A stretch of 63,423 bases of DNA, the filler included, from Sphacelaria rigidula (lineage: Eukaryota): assembly GCA_964200075.2 (NCBI GenBank). It is 11 parts of 11 records of this genome, joined end to end, with 100 filler letters (N's around TTAATTAATTAA, not from the genome) between each part and the next. Parts side by side here need not be neighbours in the genome. Positions count along the whole stretch, not along the records: positions 23,101 to 28,775 come from CAXNAA020025353.1; positions 28,876 to 34,550 come from CAXNAA020025354.1; positions 34,651 to 40,325 come from CAXNAA020025355.1; 8 more parts are not named here. One strand, given 5' to 3'. Numbering within the stretch: position 1 is the stretch's first letter; each line of letters opens with the position of its first letter. Below the pieces are notes generated by a model. That model was not told where the DNA came from and did no database searches. It worked only from the letters and a program-made list of their open reading frames with translations. The translations under genes were made by a program, and so were the position numbers. Positions 26,167 through 39,795 of this stretch are shown piece after piece.

Positions 26167-28560
26167 CTACGGAAAGCATGACCTAAAACATCTAGAGCTG
26201 ACAAAAGACACACACGAAAACATAATATGTGCCTTCTCGCTGTCCTCAATGTTCATCAAGACACGGTGATGCCTTTTGAACAGCGTGATCGGGAGCGGCT
26301 TTGTAATAATATCAGCGTGTTGCCACTCTGGATCCACATGTACGATCCATACTGCTCCCGTCCTAACCAAGTCCCTAATAAAGTGCCATCTTACATCAAT
26401 ATGCTTGCTACGACCCGAGCTAAGTGGGTTGTCGGCGAGAGCCTTAGCCCCCTCGTTGTCCTCATGAAGAACAATATCGTACTCCATTTGTCGTCCCAAC
26501 ACAACCCTTGGTCGTAGGAAAGAGAGTATCGACCTGACAAGCATACACTCCTTCGCCCCTTCGGCCATAGCTACATGCTCGGCCTCGGTGGTTGGTAGGG
26601 TGACGCAGTGTTTCGTTCGACTAGTACTCAATACTGCTATCCCTCCGCACATCACCGCTACCCCGAAAAATGATCGCCTGTTTGTCTCTTTCTTGGCTTA
26701 GTCAGCATCACAGAAGACTGAGAGCACACTTTCCCCTGAACTGAAAGTCAGACCGTAGTTTCTAGTCGTGTTCAGGTATACCAAGACTTTCAAACCCCTT
26801 GCCAGTGTCTTTCGCATGAGTCATGTGATTGACGGGCCAGGTCCCGGGCTGCATTTGCTATGTCAGGCCTGGTTACCCCAGCCAACCACATCAACCTCCC
26901 TACGGGACTTCGGTATGGTCTATTTATGACCTTGTCTCCTTGCTTCACCTGCCCTAGGTCTGCTGATACTGAGGGAGGAATATCAGAAAACCCATGGCTT
27001 CAAAACGCTTGAGCATGGTGTCGATAATATCGTCTGGTTTACATACATGGTACCTCTTCCCCAGTCCCTCTCTCTGGCACACCCCATGTACCACTGGACT
27101 TCACCTCGATTGTTCGTCGGAAATTTTGTTTTGAGGATGTCGCAGACTTTCTCTACTCTTTTTGCTTCACCCCCAATCAGGATATCGTCTACATGCACAA
27201 CTAGTATGACACATACACACCCCATTTCCTCCTCCTCGTATACACACAGGTCAGCTTCACTTTGTGACATTCGTGCATCGTCCATCAATATTTTGTTCAG
27301 GAGGAGGGACCATTGTCTCCCTGTTTGCTTGATGCCGTAAATGGATCTCTCAAGTCAAACTGTACTACCCGTCAAGGGGCCACACCCGTCTGGGAGCTTC
27401 ATGCAATCATACGTGTCCATTTTTCCTCATACAAAGGCCTGGGTAACGTCGAAACGATACAGTGGTAATCCTCTCCGCACTGCCACGACCATGACCAATT
27501 GTTCTGATGTCATGGTTGGGGTAGCTGCAAACTTCTCGAAATAGCCAAGAGCGACTATCTGGCCAAATCCAGTCTACCCTTCGTTTGGTGATTTCACCGT
27601 TTGCATCGGTTTTCCAACTGAACACCCATCTTGCCGTAATGATATTTACTCCTTTTTCGGGATTTCTTCTCTTGTGGATATACCTGCGGTTTCATGCCCA
27701 TTCAGTTCTGCACGCATGACACTCAGCCATATTTCCTTATATTCCGATTGTTCAATGTATCTTACTGTTACAGGGGTGGGGGGTTGGTATCTCTCACGTC
27801 GAGACCGACGGGGGAACGCGAACAAAAGCTGGGCTCTTCCTCTGTTCCGTTTTCGACCGAAAAACAAAATACTCCTACCACACAAAAGTCTCCTGGATCA
27901 GCAGGGCCGCCCTGCCTCCCACCTCTGGTCCGGCTTCTGCAGTGATCAGGTCCATCATCCCGCACCTATCCTCCGCTATTCCATAGAGTGCAGTTTCCGA
28001 TTGAGCCCTGGCTTGAGCCCTCGACAATCACGCGGGAAAACTATTCTTCTCTTTCCCACGCCCGTATTTCCTCCAGCTCCTCTACCGCCGATGCTAGCTG
28101 CCGCTCTTGTCGCACTGCGCGTGCGGCCGGCCATTCGCGAATGCAGAGACAACTCGTCGTCGAGTGCAAGACGGCGTAGCTCCGTCCTTGGGAGTTCGAG
28201 AGCTCCACTGCCCCCCCCATCGTTGCGCTCGGGGGTGGCGACGGTTGTCGGCGACGATGTTGGCTGAGTAGTTGTTAGTGATACCGCAGGTGAATGCGGT
28301 ACCGGCAATGCGGGTGGCTGTTCTGGTGTTCTTGCCGGCGGTGTCGGCGGTGTCGGCGGTGTCGGCGGCGATGTCGGCGCTGCGGCTGTCAGCGTTATCG
28401 GCGCCGTTGTCGGCGCCACGGCTGTCGGCGTCATGAGGGGTGTTGTCGGCGCCGAGCCCGGGTTATCGATGAGATGCTGAACTGGGCTTCGTAAGCCCCC
28501 CCCCCCTCCCGCCTCTACTGCCCACTCACCTCTAGACTCTTGGGTTGGCGTCGAGTGGCA
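26167..28560 (-). mobile_element. Decayed Ty1/copia LTR retrotransposon pol (RT + RNase H), with stops and frameshifts
   Basis: RNase H motifs TTEAEH, EDNEGA, RSKHIDVRWHFIRD, QHADIITKPL; RT motifs WVFSWKTD, ADLCVY, VHVDDILIG; Pro/Thr-rich linker upstream. Confidence 0.95.
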
Positions 28561-28925
28561 ACGGCGCTGTAAAACAAGCCACCAAAACCTAGACAAATGT
28601 ACTGTCACGAAATAGAAAAGCTAACCTCCTTCTCATTCAATCTACTATAACACTGCCCGGACATAGACAGGAAATAGATAAGCTAACCCTCCTTTGTATT
28701 TACCCTACTATAACACAGCCCGGACATAGACATGAAATAGAGAAGCTAACCCTCCTTTTTACTTACCCGACTATANNNNNNNNNNNNNNNNNNNNNNNNN
28801 NNNNNNNNNNNNNNNNNNNTTAATTAATTAANNNNNNNNNNNNNNNNNNNNNNNNNNNNNNNNNNNNNNNNNNNNCCTCCCCCCCCCCCCCCCCCCCCCT
28901 CCCCCCCCCCCCCCCCCACCCCCCG

Positions 28926-31900
28926 ATGCAATTCTCGCCTGCCACCCAGGGTGACAACAAATCCCAACCTCGACTTCCTCAACAAGCCAGCTCTTCTTCC
29001 CCTTCCCCATCCGCATGCGTCATTTCTGCCGGCCGCAAGAAACACGACAGGTAGTATCCTACCTAGGATGACGACCATCCGCAAATTCGACTGACCCATC
29101 AGCCAGCCCTCTCCCTTTCCCACCTACCCGCTCATGCCTACACTACCCATGGCAACATCAAATCTCAACTTCCTCACTACTGCCCCTTTCTGAGTGAACT
29201 CCGCCTGTCAAGGGGTATACCACACGTGATACACAGAGTATCCCACGGAGGTCAAAGCAAATCCAAAGTTTGACTACCGCTACAAGCACACTGTCCTATT
29301 TCTCCGCCCTCCCTCACATGCGTATGCCAACCACGCCACGACAAACATCAACGTCGACTCCCTATTCACGATCAAGTCCCCTCCCTTCCCCGAGCGCGTC
29401 TTTATTCCTACGCGTACACCACGGAGGCGACGAGAAATCTCGCGCGTGACTTCCTCAACACGCAAGGCCTTCCTCCCCCTTCCCCATCTGCATTCGTCAT
29501 TTCCGCCTGCTTCGAGACATGCGATAGTATTCACATCGAGGGCGACGACCATCCGCAACTTCTACATAACCATCAATCAGCCCTGTCCCTCCCCCACCTG
29601 CCCTCTCATGCCTACACTACCCAGGGCGACAACAAATCTCAACTCCCTCACTGCCCCTTTCTGAGCGAACTCCGCCTGTCGAAGGGTATACCATACGTGA
29701 TACACGGAGTATCCTACGCAGGCCAAAAGTAAATCCGAAGCTTGACGTTCGCTACAAGCAAGCCCTCCACCCCTTCCGCCCCCCCTCACATGCGTATACC
29801 AACCACGTCACGACAAACTTCGCGACCAGAGATCTCGAGCTTGACTTCCTCAACTGGCGAACCCTTTCCCCCACCTGCACGGACACCAACGACCAGCCCT
29901 CCCACCCCGCGACCTCTTGCTTCCCTCTGATGCAAATCTCGCCTGCCACCACGCATACAACATCTGACACATGGAGTCTACCACCCAGGGCGACAACAAA
30001 TCCCAAACTCTACTTACCCAACACGCAAAAGCTCTTCTTTCCCTTTCCCAGCCTCATACGCCAATTCTGCCGGCCGTAAGACATACGACAGGTAGTATCC
30101 CATCGAGGGAGACGACCATCCGCAACTTCGACATCTCCATCATCCAGCCCTCTCCCTTTCCCAGCTTCCCTCTCATGCCTACGCTACACAGGGCGACAAC
30201 AAATCTCAAATCCTTCACTGCCCCTTTTTAGGCGAACTCTGCTTGTCAAGGAGCAAGCCATATGTGATACATGGAGTATCCCTCGCAAGTCAAAAGCAAA
30301 TCCGAAGCTTGACTTCCGCTACAAGCACACTCTCCCGTCTCTCCGCTCTCCCTAACATGCGTATGCCAACCACGCCACGACAAACTTAAACGACAACTTC
30401 CTATTCACAATCAAGTCCTCTCCCTTTCCCACCCCTGTCTCCACTTCCGCGCGTACACCACCGAGGCGACGAGAAATCCCAACTTCGACTTCCTCAACAC
30501 GCAAGCCCTTCCTTCCCCTTTCCCATCCGCATAGTCATTTCCACCTGCCGCAAGACATGCGACAGGTAGTATCCCATCGAGGGCGACGACCATCCTCAAT
30601 TTCCACTTCTCCATCAGCCAGCTCTCCCCCTTTCCCACCTGCCCTCGCATACGTACGATACACAGGGCGACAACAAATCTCCCTTGCAACCCCTCCCGAT
30701 GCGAATCGTGCCTGCCACGAGGCAAACAATACCTGGTATACCAAGTATACCATCCGGGGCGACAACAACTTCCAAGCTCGACTTTTTCAACAAGCAAGCC
30801 CTCCACCCTTTCCGCCCACACTGCCACGTGTCTATCACTTGTGGCGACAACAACTACCGAGCTCGAATCCTCCACAAGCTAACCTCTTCCTTCCCGCCCC
30901 CCTGTCCATAAAGAATACCACAGGTGATACACGAAGTGTCCGGCGAAGGTCCACAGCAAACCTCAAACACGACTGACTCCCTGCGCGGGAAAGCTCTCCT
31001 ACTGCCCCGCGTCCACTTCCAGACGAATGCTACCCAGGTCGGCGAAAGATATCAAGCTTGTTCTTCTCCACAAGCAAGCCTTTTCTCCGCTGCCTACATT
31101 CTCACGCGTACGCCACGAGGGCCACATCAAACCCCCAGTTTGTCTTCCTCAACGAGTCACCTCCTCCCTCGGGCCATTCGACCTCCATTTTACGCATTTT
31201 CTGCCTGCCACGCGGCACACAATAGGGTCAAGATTTGCAGGCACACAGTGCAAATGTACACCCAGAGCTTAAACCTCTCCCGAGCGCGGCTTTTTCACCA
31301 AGCAAGCTCTCGTTCTCGTGCTCTGCCCGCATCCACATGGCACTTCTGCATGCCATACGGTTCACCATAGATGGGATGTGTTGCACACCACGGGGGGCGA
31401 AACGAATTTCCTACCTCGACCCCGTCGTCACAAGCAGATCCCCACCCTTGCCCGCTCCCCTCCCCTGCTCCTATGCAAATTCCGCCCCACGCGGGACTTA
31501 CCACACATGACCGATGTACTGTAGTATTCCACCCAAGGCGAAAATATTTGGCGAGCTCAACTTCCACAGACAAGCCCTCATCCTACAGCTCCCCGCACCT
31601 ACATGTCGATTCCCCCCGCCACGAGGCGTACCCAAGATAATATACGCCGTGTACCACACACGACAAAACAAATTCCCTACCTCGACCTCCTCTTCACGAG
31701 CAAACGCTTCCAACCTGTCCCCTCTCCCCCACCACGCGAATTCCGCCTTATACACGGCATACCATAGATGATTGATGTAGTTCATCACCCAGGGCAAAAA
31801 CATTCCCCGAGCTCGACTCCCTCCGCAAGAATATCACTGTCCCCCGCTCTTCTCCCCCACCCGCTAGTTCCGCCTGCCACGAGGCGTACCATGAGTGGTA

Positions 31901-32300
31901 TACGGAGTATACCATTTAGGGTAACAAATGTTCATGCTCGACTCTTTCCACAAGCAAGCCCTTCGCCCCTGTCCTCTATCCCCTTTTATTTGGTCTCTGC
32001 CAGCTGCGAGGCATATAAAATATAACGGAAATCACGAGCTCGGCCTTTTCCACGAGTCAGCCCTCCCATCTCCCCGCCTGCCCATCCTATGCGACTTTCG
32101 CCCGCCACGAGATGTACCGTAGTTGACATACGTAGTACATCACCCAGGGTGGAACAAATTTCCATGCTCGAATCTCTATACACTGAGGCCTTTTCCCCTG
32201 CGCCCACTGCTTCTCTTCCTACTCTCATTCCGCCTAACACGACGTCAACGATGGTCATCCAGGACTACAAGGAACCCCAAGTTCGATTACCTCACCGTGC
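28926..32300. repeat. C-rich degenerate satellite with ~95-100-bp monomers in a ~0.5/1.05-kb higher-order arrangement
   Basis: Recurrent ccagggcgacaacaaat..caac.tcgacttcctc motif; 28935-29480 is repeated at ~29985-30510, and 29100-29345 at ~29580-29820. Confidence 0.8.
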
Positions 32301-34350
32301 AAAGCGTCTCACTGCCAAAATATCCCATTTCAGCCACTGCATCGGCTCGTTCCCTTGTTGGCAGGTCAGCGATGTAAGGACCAGCTCACACAATACTACT
32401 CTGTCCACAAGACGGCACCTACATTTTCGTCAAAGCAACGTGTCCACGCTCGTGTGTGAGTGCGTCGTGTGGTGGGGCAAGGTCAAGCGTTGCTCTTGAC
32501 AACTAGTATGCTGTTGCCATAAAATGAACTAATACGACGGTCACCATCACATCATCACACAAACACGCTCGCGACTTCTTCGCCGGCTCGAAAGTCCAAC
32601 TCTAAAACTGCACCCTCGATGCATATATCGTTCATGAACAAATTAGCTCCAACGGCTTCTACTCTCCAGTTTCCTTTTCTACCATCATGTCACAAGCTGA
32701 CCCATATATCAAAGGCCATCCACCACCAATCGTCTTCATCAGAATCTCAGCTCCCCAACTAGGACGGTGAATGCCGCAGCTTGTAAAACGCACACGACCG
32801 CCTCAACGGCCAGCCCAACTGCCAGCATCACACCCCACACCGTAGGAGACAAGGCATCTGATGCGCGACCTCCACAACCGAGCTGAACATCAACCAACGA
32901 CAAAATAGGACGGCGGGGCGGGGAGGCATTTAGCTTGTTTGGGTTTCATATCCTTTCTCTTCCTTGTACGCCAATTTTGGCCCCTTGGCCGCGCAGGTGT
33001 GTCAATCTATTGATACAGTATCATCTTCACTAGAGAAATGAGAGTCATATTCATATTACAACCCTTGAGCGCCGGAAGGAGTAACCCCTCCGCCGTTTTT
33101 CCATGTACGCGTTCGTCGTCCCAAATCGAAGTCAATCACCTCACGAGGCACACGACCCTGAAACAACAACAATAAATGATTAAATAAATAAAGACAGATG
33201 AAAAGTAAATCGAGGGAAAACAATCACCTCTCGACACTCGCGGAGCCTCATGCCGTTTTTGGTTCCGGCCCCTTTCTCCTCCGCCTCCCTTCCCTCTCCG
33301 TCGAACACACCACTTTGTTCCTTACAATAACGACTTCATTGGTCAACCACAACGCCGAGGACGGCTGGGCAGCGCAAGAGGAGAGATACAGTAGAGAGGA
33401 GGAAGGAGGAAGAAAAAGGATGTTGACACATACGCTTCATATGTACACATATTGACACACATACACTTGTCGCCGATTGGATGATTGGTGCATGGGGGAT
33501 CGTCGCAAGGGGCAAGCGGTTGTGGATTAGTTTGTCATCGTTACGTATTTCGAAGGACGAGGAGGAATAGGAGGAAGAAGATGCGAAGGAGAAGGAGAAG
33601 AAGGAGCAGGAGCAGGAGATATGCTTGGCGAAGAGGGAGGGAAGTATACATGACAAGGCTTGGTACAGCGTACTGACACACCTCCCTCTGTTCCTTAGCA
33701 GCGAATGTTTCGTTGACCTTGCTTCTCGCGGCCGAGTCTGACCATCAAACGTCCTGGCGAACCTTGTGCCGGGTGCGGGCGGCGCCCCTTCCTCTCCGAC
33801 GCGCAATTTCCCTCCTAAATCTTGTGGGGTCCCGCCGCCCCTCCACCTTCCGCCGCCTCCAACGCCGGATGGCAAGGCCAACGTACGCTTCGTGTGGGCT
33901 GTTTTTGTGCAAGGACAGTTGTACGCGCAAACAGCGAATAATGAGACGAGCTGGTTGGTTTCTTCCATTTCACTGTATCCGACTTCGTTCAATTCACGCT
34001 ACCAGCTCCACCACCCTCAAGGCGCGGAGGTTACCGCCTAGCTGGTGGGTCGGGGAGGTGAATCATGAGACGAGATGTCTGTGTATGTGTGTGCGAGAGA
34101 TTATGGGGATAAGGATGAACTCGAGTGAGATGTGTGGACGGGTACAGCGCTGGTGCGCTGCGATCCAGCTCGGTGTCTGACGATACTCCGGTGACGGTAC
34201 GGACAGTGACTCAACGACCCGAGGGAAGACGTTTTATCCATCGCTTTCATGACGACATCTTAAAAAGGTTGTGGAGGGGACGATATCCCGTCGCGCGTGT
34301 GTGGGCGTGTTTAGGACAAGAGTATACCAATATATATATATATGTATATT

Positions 34351-34550
34351 GGGGGTGTACTCATTATCATGCATGCCATAGTCATCAGACCATCGACCTC
34401 GCATCCCTACACAGCCGGGACGGAGCACCCCGGGTTTTCGCCTCACCAGGCTTTCACTCAAACCACCAAGCGAGCAGCGCCGTGGTGTGTTCGGCGAGTC
34501 GCATAAAGGGTGAGCTGCATCCTACTAAGACTGTTCGACCCGAAGCTTAC
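34351..34550 (-). mobile_element. Longest family-A poly(C)-tailed retroposon copy (200 bp, cut by contig end)
   Basis: Shared 3' end plus an upstream body unrelated to the LINE ORF; a degenerate + strand copy lies at ~35316-35468. Confidence 0.8.
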
Positions 34551-34650
34551 NNNNNNNNNNNNNNNNNNNNNNNNNNNNNNNNNNNNNNNNNNNNTTAATT
34601 AATTAANNNNNNNNNNNNNNNNNNNNNNNNNNNNNNNNNNNNNNNNNNNN

Positions 34651-34716
34651 ATCGAACACCACAACTCAACCATCAGAAGGTTACGAGGTTACCAACTGAG
34701 CCACCGGGGCGACCGG
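34651..34716 (-). mobile_element. 5' head of the tRNA-derived SINE (cut by contig start)
   Basis: Reverse complement CCGGTCGCCCCGGTGGCTCAGTTGGTAACCTCG...TTCGAT. Confidence 0.8.
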
Positions 34717-36095
34717 CTCGAAAAAAAAAAACAGTTAATCGATCGGGCACGAACTATTCGAAGAAAACAAAAGACGGTTCATCACTACCAAACAGTCATC
34801 AGTCGTAGCTAGCCTGTGACCACGGAAGGCGTCCGCATCGGATGCCCAGTACGAATGTACCGCGCAGATATCGGAACGGTTTTTAATGTGCAAGACAACA
34901 ACAACAAATAAACGGTGAGAGAAAAATAGATAGACCTCAAGTCCGGTCAAACGGTCGAGGCGCGGATGAGAAAGAGAGAGAAATATGGAGAGAGCGACGT
35001 CTACACCATGAAGAATACCGCAGGTGATACCCTGATTATAGGACCCTTAGCAAGGCGATGAGAAATCCGAATTCGATTATTCCTCGTCAACTGCGGCAGC
35101 CACGCCACCGACAGATTCGTCTCTGCCGCAATGTCTCTTGGAAACCGTTCGGGAAAACTTTGTCTTGTAGCAATGCAAGTACGGCCTTGCGCATGGAGGA
35201 AATCGGGGTTGGGTTCCTTGCCACCCCACCAAACGAACTCGATCATCTCAAGGTACAGCATCCCTCCCCCCCCCTCCCCCGAGGCTGTCATCTATATGCA
35301 AGATAACTACAGTAGCAAGCTTCGGGCCGAACACACCACGGCGCTTCGCGCTCGGTGATTGACTGCGATACTGGTCCGGGAAAACCCGGCGTGCTCCGTG
35401 TCGGCTTCGTAGATATGCGACGTCAACAGTCTTACGACTACGACATGGAATGACAAGTAAACCGCACCACTTCATCATTCCTCCATCACACCGATTTCGT
35501 CTTGCCTCAACCGAAATGACTCCACAACGTGTGAAAAAGGTGATAGATCCTATACAGACACTCGTGGTACATTGCATACCAGTTGTGATGTACAGGGTAG
35601 TGCCTGCCATCGGTCGAAAAGCTGCTTGACCCTCGCACGGTGACGGCAGCCCACTTGAGTTCACATACGCCGATGCGGCGCTACTTCGTGTATGACATTA
35701 CGCGAAGGACTAGTCCTGGAGTAGTAAAGATTCCAAAGTTCTTCGCGGTCAAAGGCTTGACCGCTGGAGCGCTAGGAATCGTTTTGGGAACAACATCGCT
35801 GGGGGAGTCTCAATAACGGTCAACAAGTCCCACGCCATGGTGACGGAATAAATTCTTGGAACAAGAAAAAAGCGCCTTGTGCAAATGTTTCCAATTGGAA
35901 GGAAGGGAAAACAAAAATATAACTCCGTGATCTTTGTCCAATGTTTTGTCTTTGCGCTGAACCATTTCATGCGTGGGGGAAAAAAAGTAATTTCGTTCGG
36001 GCTCGAGAACAACAAAAAAAGACATCACTGGTGAGAGAAATCGAAGTGCAGATTTTGAGCTACACACAAAAGCTGTGCCCGGTCTGCAGCGCTGC

Positions 36096-36170
36096 GGGGG
36101 GGGGGCGTACTCATTTGTTGCTCGCCTTAGTCGTGTGACCATTGATCACGCATCCCTTTCGAGACGGAGC
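36096..36170 (-). mobile_element. Family-B poly(C)-tailed insertion with TSD
   Basis: AGCGCTGCGGGGGGG at 36088-36102 and 36168-36182. Confidence 0.85.
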
Positions 36171-38431
36171 GCTGCGGGGGGGATGAGTTGGGAACAGAGC
36201 GCGATAATTCGTGTGCACATCTTATCATAGGTTTTGCACGTGCGTTGGGCCACGATTCCACAGCAGAGGTTACGCTTTTATATATGTATATATAGACACA
36301 CACATGATACAGGGAAATTGAACGGTGACCACGCAAAACGAACAAATCGTTTTCTCTGGCTTCGCACAACGTGTGGACCAACCGACCAAGTACACATCTG
36401 CAGGAAAAGCGAAGTAGTAATCGCAAACTTCTTGCCGTTGTCGTTTTCGTCTGCTGTTTCTTCGGTAATGTCGAGAAAATAGAGGGGAAAAAAAACACAT
36501 TTATAATTGTTCCGAGATAGAATTAGTTTAACGTATTTCGGTGACCTTACACTTCTATTCACTACTGATTTTTTATCGTGATATTGATAGTCTAGGATAC
36601 GAATAAGAGTGAGAAGCGGCAAATTAGTGCATAAAATGGTGTCAGTTCCGAAATGCCCCTCCGGGCCTTGTACGAGGCCCGGCATGCTTCTGTGGTAGGT
36701 TGCTGCTGAAGCGGTTAAATCCCTGAGTAGGACATTAACGTGTAGCTATAAGCACAGAACGGCGTCACGGGCAAAGAAAAGTCCGGGACTATTTTCTATT
36801 CTCCACATAGATGCCAAACATCCACATTTTCACGAAAAAGGCGTTTTGTGTAGCGAGAAATGAGCTGTCCTGGAACCCGAATGTGGGATAGTCCATCTCA
36901 GTCCATCTGCGGGGGGGTCGCTAAGGGTCAACCGATCCGCGAACACAATAACTCGCTGGCCGCTGTGCCTTGAAGTGACCAAAACGACAAGATACATCTT
37001 TTCCCAGGCTACTATAGTGCCCTTGGCGATGTATGTATTGCACACCTTGCACAATATATGGTCAGCAGATGCGATAGACAAGAATTGTACTGGATCAAGT
37101 ATAGCCCTATTGCACCTATTCACACGTCGGATAGCTCATGAGCTACTTGAATCAACTATTCGAAGAAGACTCTGAGATCCCTTGTTCAATAACACAAAGT
37201 ACGTGACAGCAGGGTGCGAGGAGCCAAAGCGCCACCTTTGCACTTCGCCGCGAGCTCAGTGTCCAGTGCTTCAGGGAGAACTTTTGGAAAAAGAAAAAGA
37301 GCCTAGAGGAGCTATTACTGTAATAGCTCATGATCCGGATCAGCACACAAATAAGAAGTAATTTCAGGTAGCTCATGAGCTGTCCGACGTGTGCAAATAT
37401 TGACGCGCCGTCGTTAGTTGCAATAGGCCTATACTTTATCCAGTACACTTCTTGTCTACTGCATCTATTGACCATATATTTGTTGTCCAGGGTGTACAAT
37501 AGTAGTTGCACTAGGTCAATACTTCACACGGTACATTTTTTCAATTGCAACCCATTGTCCACATGTTGTCCAGGATGTGATGTGTTGCCATCTTACTCAT
37601 ACTACACTGACGGTACTTCACCTGCGCCCAATCTACGAACAAGCTCCAAAGTATCGCGTTTATGACCGTGCCCGACAAAAAAGCCTGAAAACTGAAAACT
37701 TGCAAGGTTTTGGAGGGGTGAACGGCATCCAACTGTACTGTTGTCCCTGTAGCAGTGTAGGGAGTGCCGTAACGCCACTCCCATTTCGGGACGAAAGCGT
37801 GGGTTTGACAGTTAGAGCCCTGAGTACCTTTGCTACATTTTCAAAGGTTCCGTTAAGCTGGCACCTGGAATATATCTGCAAACCTTCAGCTGCAGTACCG
37901 ACGAACTTACAACAAGTGCATAGGTGTGAATTGTGGATTTACACGCAGTCTGCCAAGAGCTTCGAGGACCGCACGAGGTACGTTATTTAAATGGGAGAAG
38001 GTATAGATACACGTGGGAGTCATCCCGTCAAGGATTTTGCTCTTTGATGGGTTGGACACCTACGGCACCCATAGCCAGAGTCCAAAATTAGGGCCAGCTA
38101 TTCACGACCTTCATTGCAATGAAGGCATGTTCGAATGCAGGCGACAAGGTCATCGCCGTTTTCATGGTCACGCACAGCCATTCAGCTACGTACGTCTGCA
38201 TTCTCAGGCACGTATGAACGGCAGACTACACGTGTTTTCCCATGACCACGGTGTGTTCAAATCCTGCGTTGGGAGCATACTGTATGATCAACACATACAT
38301 CATGTTTGTGAAGCTCTCTTGGCGAAGTCGAACCAACATAACAACAGAAAAAGCAGCGACCACAACAGCAACATCTATTATTGGAAGTTGGAAATTGATC
38401 CGTAATGATAAAAACAAAAACGAGGGCATAC

Positions 38432-38569
38432 CTCTTGTTGTAGCTTAGCTTTGACCCTCTCCAAGCGCGTTGGCGCATGCAGGTGCTTGGGCTCACAAGC
38501 GGGAAATCGCGGGGGGTCTGCCAGATGACTGCTCAGGACGTTATACGTTGCAACCCGGAATTCACTCAT
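38432..38569 (-). CDS. First exon of an EEP-superfamily nuclease/phosphatase (CCR4/nocturnin/ANGEL/PDE12-like)
   Basis: MSEFRVATYNVLSSHLA...TRLERVKAKLQQE followed by a GTATG donor; F-x-V-x-T-Y-N-V-L is the family's N-terminal motif. Later exons were not found. Confidence 0.75.
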
Positions 38570-39042
38570 GATGCGATGGGACACCAGGCAACTAGCCAAA
38601 CTTCAATTATTAAGTTTTCTCCGTGCTGACGCACAAGCACGGTCTTATTTACTTGCAGGTAGAAAGGCGTCAAGACATCCACGGAGTCGTGCGGTCAAAG
38701 GAGCACCGAGTTCATGGGTACGGGTCGTAGTATAATAATTAAACTGGAACTAGCAATCTTTTCGTTGTTTTCCATGATTCTTGAACGGACGCGAATCACA
38801 GTTTAATTGTAGCTGCCCCTCTGGGCCTGCGCTCCTGACGCAGGCCCAGATCAGCATGTCAGTGGGGATTGTCAAAGTATGCGGAATATGATGTGCAAGT
38901 GAGTGAAGACGATGTTATTGCGTGTTTCCGTTGGTTGGTTGCGATGACAAGCAGCTGGCGAACTATTTTACAAAAGAACGCCTCACGTGGACGATCCTGT
39001 TTCAGTACACCTGTTGAATGCTGCTGCCTTACAGTCCTGCGC

Positions 39043-39610
39043 GTGTCGATGACGATATAACCAGAGAGAGAAGCAACGACAGAGAGGAAACTCCTCGCCC
39101 GTGTCCTTTGTGTGTCCTCGCTCGGTGATTACCAATCGCTTGAGAAAATGGCATCATCGATGTTATTACACCAGCATGTGCCAGATTTTGCATGTGCCAG
39201 AACATCGACGTGCGGAGAGATTCCGTCGTCTCTTCTTGCCTGTCGCCAACGCCAAGATCGATTTCTCTCTGCCTCTCCTTTTTGACAGGACGCGCCTCTG
39301 TGTGCTGAAAAACATGCCGTTGAAAAAATTGGGCAATGTTCCCGTCACCGCCACTACTGTTCTCTGTCACACACATGCCAGCAAGGGCGGTGCTGCGGCA
39401 ATAACAAATAGATCCAATTTAAACTTAGGGGGTGTTATTCATCGTTGATTTGCGCCGACCTCCCCCAACCGGGTGACCGAGCAGAAGAGCGTGCCACACG
39501 CCAGTTGAGGGGGGTGTATGAGAGATCAAACACTTGTAGAAACCTTTTTAACATGCGGAGTGAGAAAAGATACCTATGGTGGTGACCTAATTGTTGCTAG
39601 CGTGGCGCAT
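39043..39610. repeat. ~560-bp dispersed repeat, second copy at ~62748-63310
   Basis: Colinear similarity along the whole length (gtgtcgatgacgatat...ctcctcgcccgtgtcctttgtgtgtcctcgctcgg...gatacctatg.tggtgacctaa). Confidence 0.9.
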
Positions 39611-39795
39611 AGGAAATCTGCAGCACACGCTGGTCGCGTGAACAGCTCGGTACAGTACGAGTAGCTTCCCATAAGTAATAATTATTCTGATGTTAGGAGG
39701 TCATGACCTATTGCAAGTTGGGAGGAGAGACGAGAGTGCTCTACGATCAACCGCATGTCGTTGCATTCGAGACCCACGCCATCAACCGCCGACAG

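Noticed and set aside
27674..28608. 197-aa and 210-aa ORFs as host genes
   Set aside because: They are the Pro/Thr-rich linker of the decayed copia pol and its antisense frame.
33336..34180. 218-aa and 155-aa overlapping ORFs
   Set aside because: Driven by low-complexity GA-rich and GC-rich sequence, with no domain or consistent splice pattern.
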